Below, piece by piece: positions 61,020 to 64,000 of a stretch of DNA of 64,000 nucleotides (its first letter is position 1; the number at the start of each line of letters is the position of its first letter). The notes under the pieces were generated by a model, which was given only the letters and a program-made list of their open reading frames with translations, was not told the origin of the DNA and searched no databases. This DNA comes from an uncultured delta proteobacterium (lineage in GTDB: Bacteria > Desulfobacterota > Desulfobacteria > Desulfobacterales > SG8-13): assembly GCA_963779885.1 (NCBI GenBank), contig CAWAAN010000017.1, positions 18,649 to 82,648 on the forward strand. The letters run 5' to 3'. Both the position numbers and the translations under genes were made by a program.

Positions 61020-61410
61020 GAGTACCCAGAAAAAGTACGGTTCCAGGGCCTTGGCCATGGCCGTCATCGTGGGTTTCGGTGCTGTGCTTATCGGTCAGAA
61101 CTCGCTTGGGAAAGGTCTGATATTGGGGACATTTTTCAGTGTGGTCAATTTCGTCCTCATGGGTGAAACACTGCCTTTCAAACTGGGGCGGTCCGGCAAA
61201 TGAACTTTCTCGATCTCCTTGTTTTCCATCACATCCTGCGGTATCTTTTGTTGGCCGTACCCTTGGTTATGGCCGTCAAGATATGAACAATTCCACATTG
61301 ATATCGGCAATCATCGGTATCTTCATGGTACAGGTCGTTATCGTCGCAGATCACGTTGGCAAACAAATTCCGGATGACACCGAAAAAAAACATCCTGAGA
61401 GTAAACAACA
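61006..61410 (+). CDS. atpI: ATP synthase subunit I-like protein (in-frame TGA at 61201 and frameshifts as read; end approximate)
   Basis: GKGLILGTFFSVVNFVLMG; position before atpB; hydrophobic continuation in other frames. Confidence 0.65.
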
Positions 61411-61411
61411 A

Positions 61412-62077
61412 ATGGAAGAACTCGGTCAAGTCCACCAGCTGATCATAACGGTCTTCGGCTACCCAATCACCTTGAATCTCGAAGTGATCGTCATGACATG
61501 GATCGTGGTCACGTGCTTCTCGCATTTTCGGTCTAGCGGCCGGCAGGAAAAAGTCGTATCGTTCCCGGCCGTTCAGGTCATAGGGGAATTGTTCGATCGA
61601 ACAATTCTACATACTGACCGAAGATGCATTCGACAAGGAAAAAGCCAGGATTTACGCCCCCTCATCTTGCGCCCTTTATGTTCCTGCTGTTGAGAACTGG
61701 ATTGGGATCATCCCGCACCTGGAAGAGCCGACCAAGGACCTGAATACGCCATTGAGCCTCGGCCTCATGGGATTTGTTCTCGCCCACTATGCCGCAATCA
61801 AGTCAAAGGGGTTCAAGGCTTACTCAAGGAGTATTTTCAGCCCATGTTCTTCATGATGCCGTTAAACGTCATCGGTGAACTGGCAAAGATAGTTTCCATT
61901 TCTTTCCGTCTCTTCGGCAATATCATGGGAGGTTCCATCATCATACTGGTGGTGTCATACCTGTCATACAACATGATTTTACCGCCTTTTCTCAACGCGT
62001 TTTTCGGCCTTTTTGTCGGTACTGTCCAGGCGTTCGTCTTCACGATGCTGACGTCGTCTATATTTCCGTACAGGTGA
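61412..62077 (+). CDS. atpB: F0 subunit a (multiple frameshifts as read)
   Basis: VIVMTWIV, EEPTKDLNTPL, PLNVIGELAKIVSISFRLFGNIMGG (essential Arg), TVQAFVFTML. Confidence 0.88.
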
Positions 62078-62084
62078 AATACCT

Positions 62085-63064
62085 ATGGAAGATTTCCAGA
62101 TATCTGGGTTAAGTGGCGGCGTTTCGGGCGGCGGCATCGCCATCGGCTTCGGCGCCATCGGGGCGGCCATCGGGGAGGGCTACACGGCCGGCAGGCCATT
62201 GGCCGCGATATCCCGCAATCCCCAAATTTCCGGCGATATTTTCAAGACCATGCTGGTGGGCCAGGCGATGGCGGAATCGGCATCCATATTTCGCGCTGGT
62301 CGTCGCCATGATCTTGCTGTTCTCGAATACTTCCATGCGCGAGCTTATGTGACGGTCGCGGCATTGCTTGCCGCTGGACTGTCGATGGGTTTCGGCGCTA
62401 TCGGTGCAGGCGTCGGGTCCGGGATGCCCGGCGGCGCGGCCTGCATCGGTATGGCCCGCCAACCCGCCATGCAGGGCCGCCTGACCACCAACATGCTGAT
62501 CGGATCGGCGGTGTGCCAGACGCCCGCGATCTTTGCCCTGGTGGTCTCGTTTATGCTTTTGTTTTGGATTTTTCGGCCCGAACCGGTGAACCCGACCTGG
62601 GCGGCCGTACATGGGCGCGGGCCTGGCCGCCGGGCTTTCGGCGATCGGCTCGGGCATCGGGGGCGGCGTCGTCGCCCGGGCAAGCTGTGAGGGTATCGCC
62701 CGGCAGCCGCGACGGTCGCACCGGTCACCAACGTCATGCTGCTCGGCCAGGCCGTCACCCAGACACCGGCCATTTTCGGGCTTCTCGTCAGTTTTATCCT
62801 GATCTTCAAGAAGTTCGATCCCATCCCAGGCCCTGGCGCCGCTGCAATCGCCCTGCTGGCATCCGGTATCTGCACGGGCCTTGGCGGCATCGGCCCAGGA
62901 ATAGGCGAGGGCATCGCCGCCAGCGGTGGCGTGAAATGGGTCGCGCAGGAAACGTCTCGTATGCCGGACCGATCTCACCCGCACGATGCTGGTCGGCAGG
63001 CGGTCGCCGAATCCACTGCGATTTATTCCATGGTGATTGCCTGGTTCTGATATTCGTCGTCTAA
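62085..63064 (+). CDS. atpE: Long F0 c-like subunit with four tandem c hairpins (frameshifted as read)
   Basis: Four GxGxxGxxxG helix-1 / MLxGxAxx[EQ] helix-2 units: QAMAESASIF, SAVCQTPAIF, QAVTQTPAIF, QAVAESTAIY. Confidence 0.8.
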
Positions 63065-63184
63065 TGCGCAAAGCCAGGACGGCGTTCATAAAAACCACCT
63101 ATAATTCAGTGTTCCAGGCAGACGGATGATATCCGGGACTTTTCTCTAACCCGAAGTACAAATCGATTCAATCAGGAGGATAAC

Positions 63185-63433
63185 ATGGCCATCGAAGGTG
63201 CAGATCTCGTCAAGGCAGCGGCGTTTTTAGGTGCAGGAATTGCAATGGGGCTCGGTGCGATCGGCCCCGGTGTCGGCGAAGGCATCACAGCGGCAAAAGC
63301 CTGTGAGGCGATCGGCCACAATCCGAAAGAGGCCGGCCTGCTGACCCGGACCATGCTCGTCGGACAGGCCGTGGCCGAGTCGACCGGCATTTACTCTCTG
63401 GTTATCGCGTTGTTGCTTCTCTTTGTGGTTTAG
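63185..63433 (+). CDS. atpE: F0 subunit c, Na+-binding type
   Basis: GPGVGEG and QAVAESTGIY; AGGAGG RBS; intact 82-aa ORF. Confidence 0.95.
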   Translation: MAIEGADLVKAAAFLGAGIAMGLGAIGPGVGEGITAAKACEAIGHNPKEAGLLTRTMLVGQAVAESTGIYSLVIALLLLFVV

Positions 63434-63659
63434 GTAATCGTTTTAAGTTGCCGGTTTTAAGTTTTAAGTAAAAAAGACCCGATCGCAACCTAAAACCAAT
63501 CGCGACTGCGGTTCCGCCGTGGCAGGTGTTGCGTTACATCGTGCCGCAGTGGGAGACCTCCGCTGCCCGGCAATTTACCGGAGCGGGTGAGATTGTTTTT
63601 CACTTCGTCGCGGTCATTTCACGCGCAGTGATCACGTCAACAGCATTCGGACGGAAACC

Positions 63660-64000
63660 ATGGAGATCATCAGCAATATTGCCTTAATCAGCGATCAATG
63701 AAACCCTGTTCATCCAGTTGATTACTTTCTTGATCTTTCTCTTTATCATCAACCGGATCATGATCCAGCCGTTGCGCGATGTCACGCATGAACGCGAAGC
63801 CCACATCCAGAAAATCCAACTGGATTCAACGGCAGCCGGACAGAAAGTGGACCAGTTGCTGAAACAGATCGCGAAGCAGGAAACGAAAGTCATAAATACG
63901 GCCAATGACATCCGGGAAAAAATCGAGGGGTCCGGCAAACACGAGGCGGACGAAATCGTGCAAGAAGCTCACCGCGAAGTCGAGAAGCTGTCACAGGCAA
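63660..64000 (+). CDS. atpF: F0 subunit b/b' (partial; extra G at about 63693)
   Basis: MEIISNIALIS / INETLFIQLITFLIFLFIINRIMIQPLRDVTHERE followed by a coiled coil. Confidence 0.8.

Noticed and set aside
61201..61203. Selenocysteine or recoded TGA in atpI
   Set aside because: It sits in an error-rich region at a position with no catalytic Cys role; a base-call error is more likely.

Overview
GC-rich (about 60%) bacterial chromosomal segment. Gene content and the intergenic repeat families suggest a Desulfobacterales-type deltaproteobacterium (inference). Housekeeping genes: ispG, archaeal-type proS, relA/spoT, rpmB, bamD, trxA, purN, hldD, hldE, pncB, nadK, ahcY, metK, panC. There are two liv-type ABC transporter operons; the first lies in a ridA / FAD oxidoreductase / EamA / liv / putA proline-catabolism-like block. 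Also present are a PomAB-like stator pair, a PAS two-component cluster and the start of a Na+-type F-ATPase operon. The most notable items are: (1) a candidate sulfane-sulfur handling module, marR-dsrE2-tusA-dsrM-like-dsrK/hdrD-like-fadL, with a YrkH-like rhodanese/MBL gene about 18 kb away beside an orphan NorQ/NorD-type chaperone pair; (2) an apparently four-hairpin F0 c subunit with an E/Q/Q/E pattern beside a normal single c subunit; (3) several MITE/REP-like repeats, including a perfect 107-bp tandem array and an inverted pair flanking tusA-dsrE-marR. Frameshifts cluster in the last 4-5 kb and are probably sequencing or assembly errors. No tRNA, rRNA, CRISPR array, transposase or phage genes were recognised.
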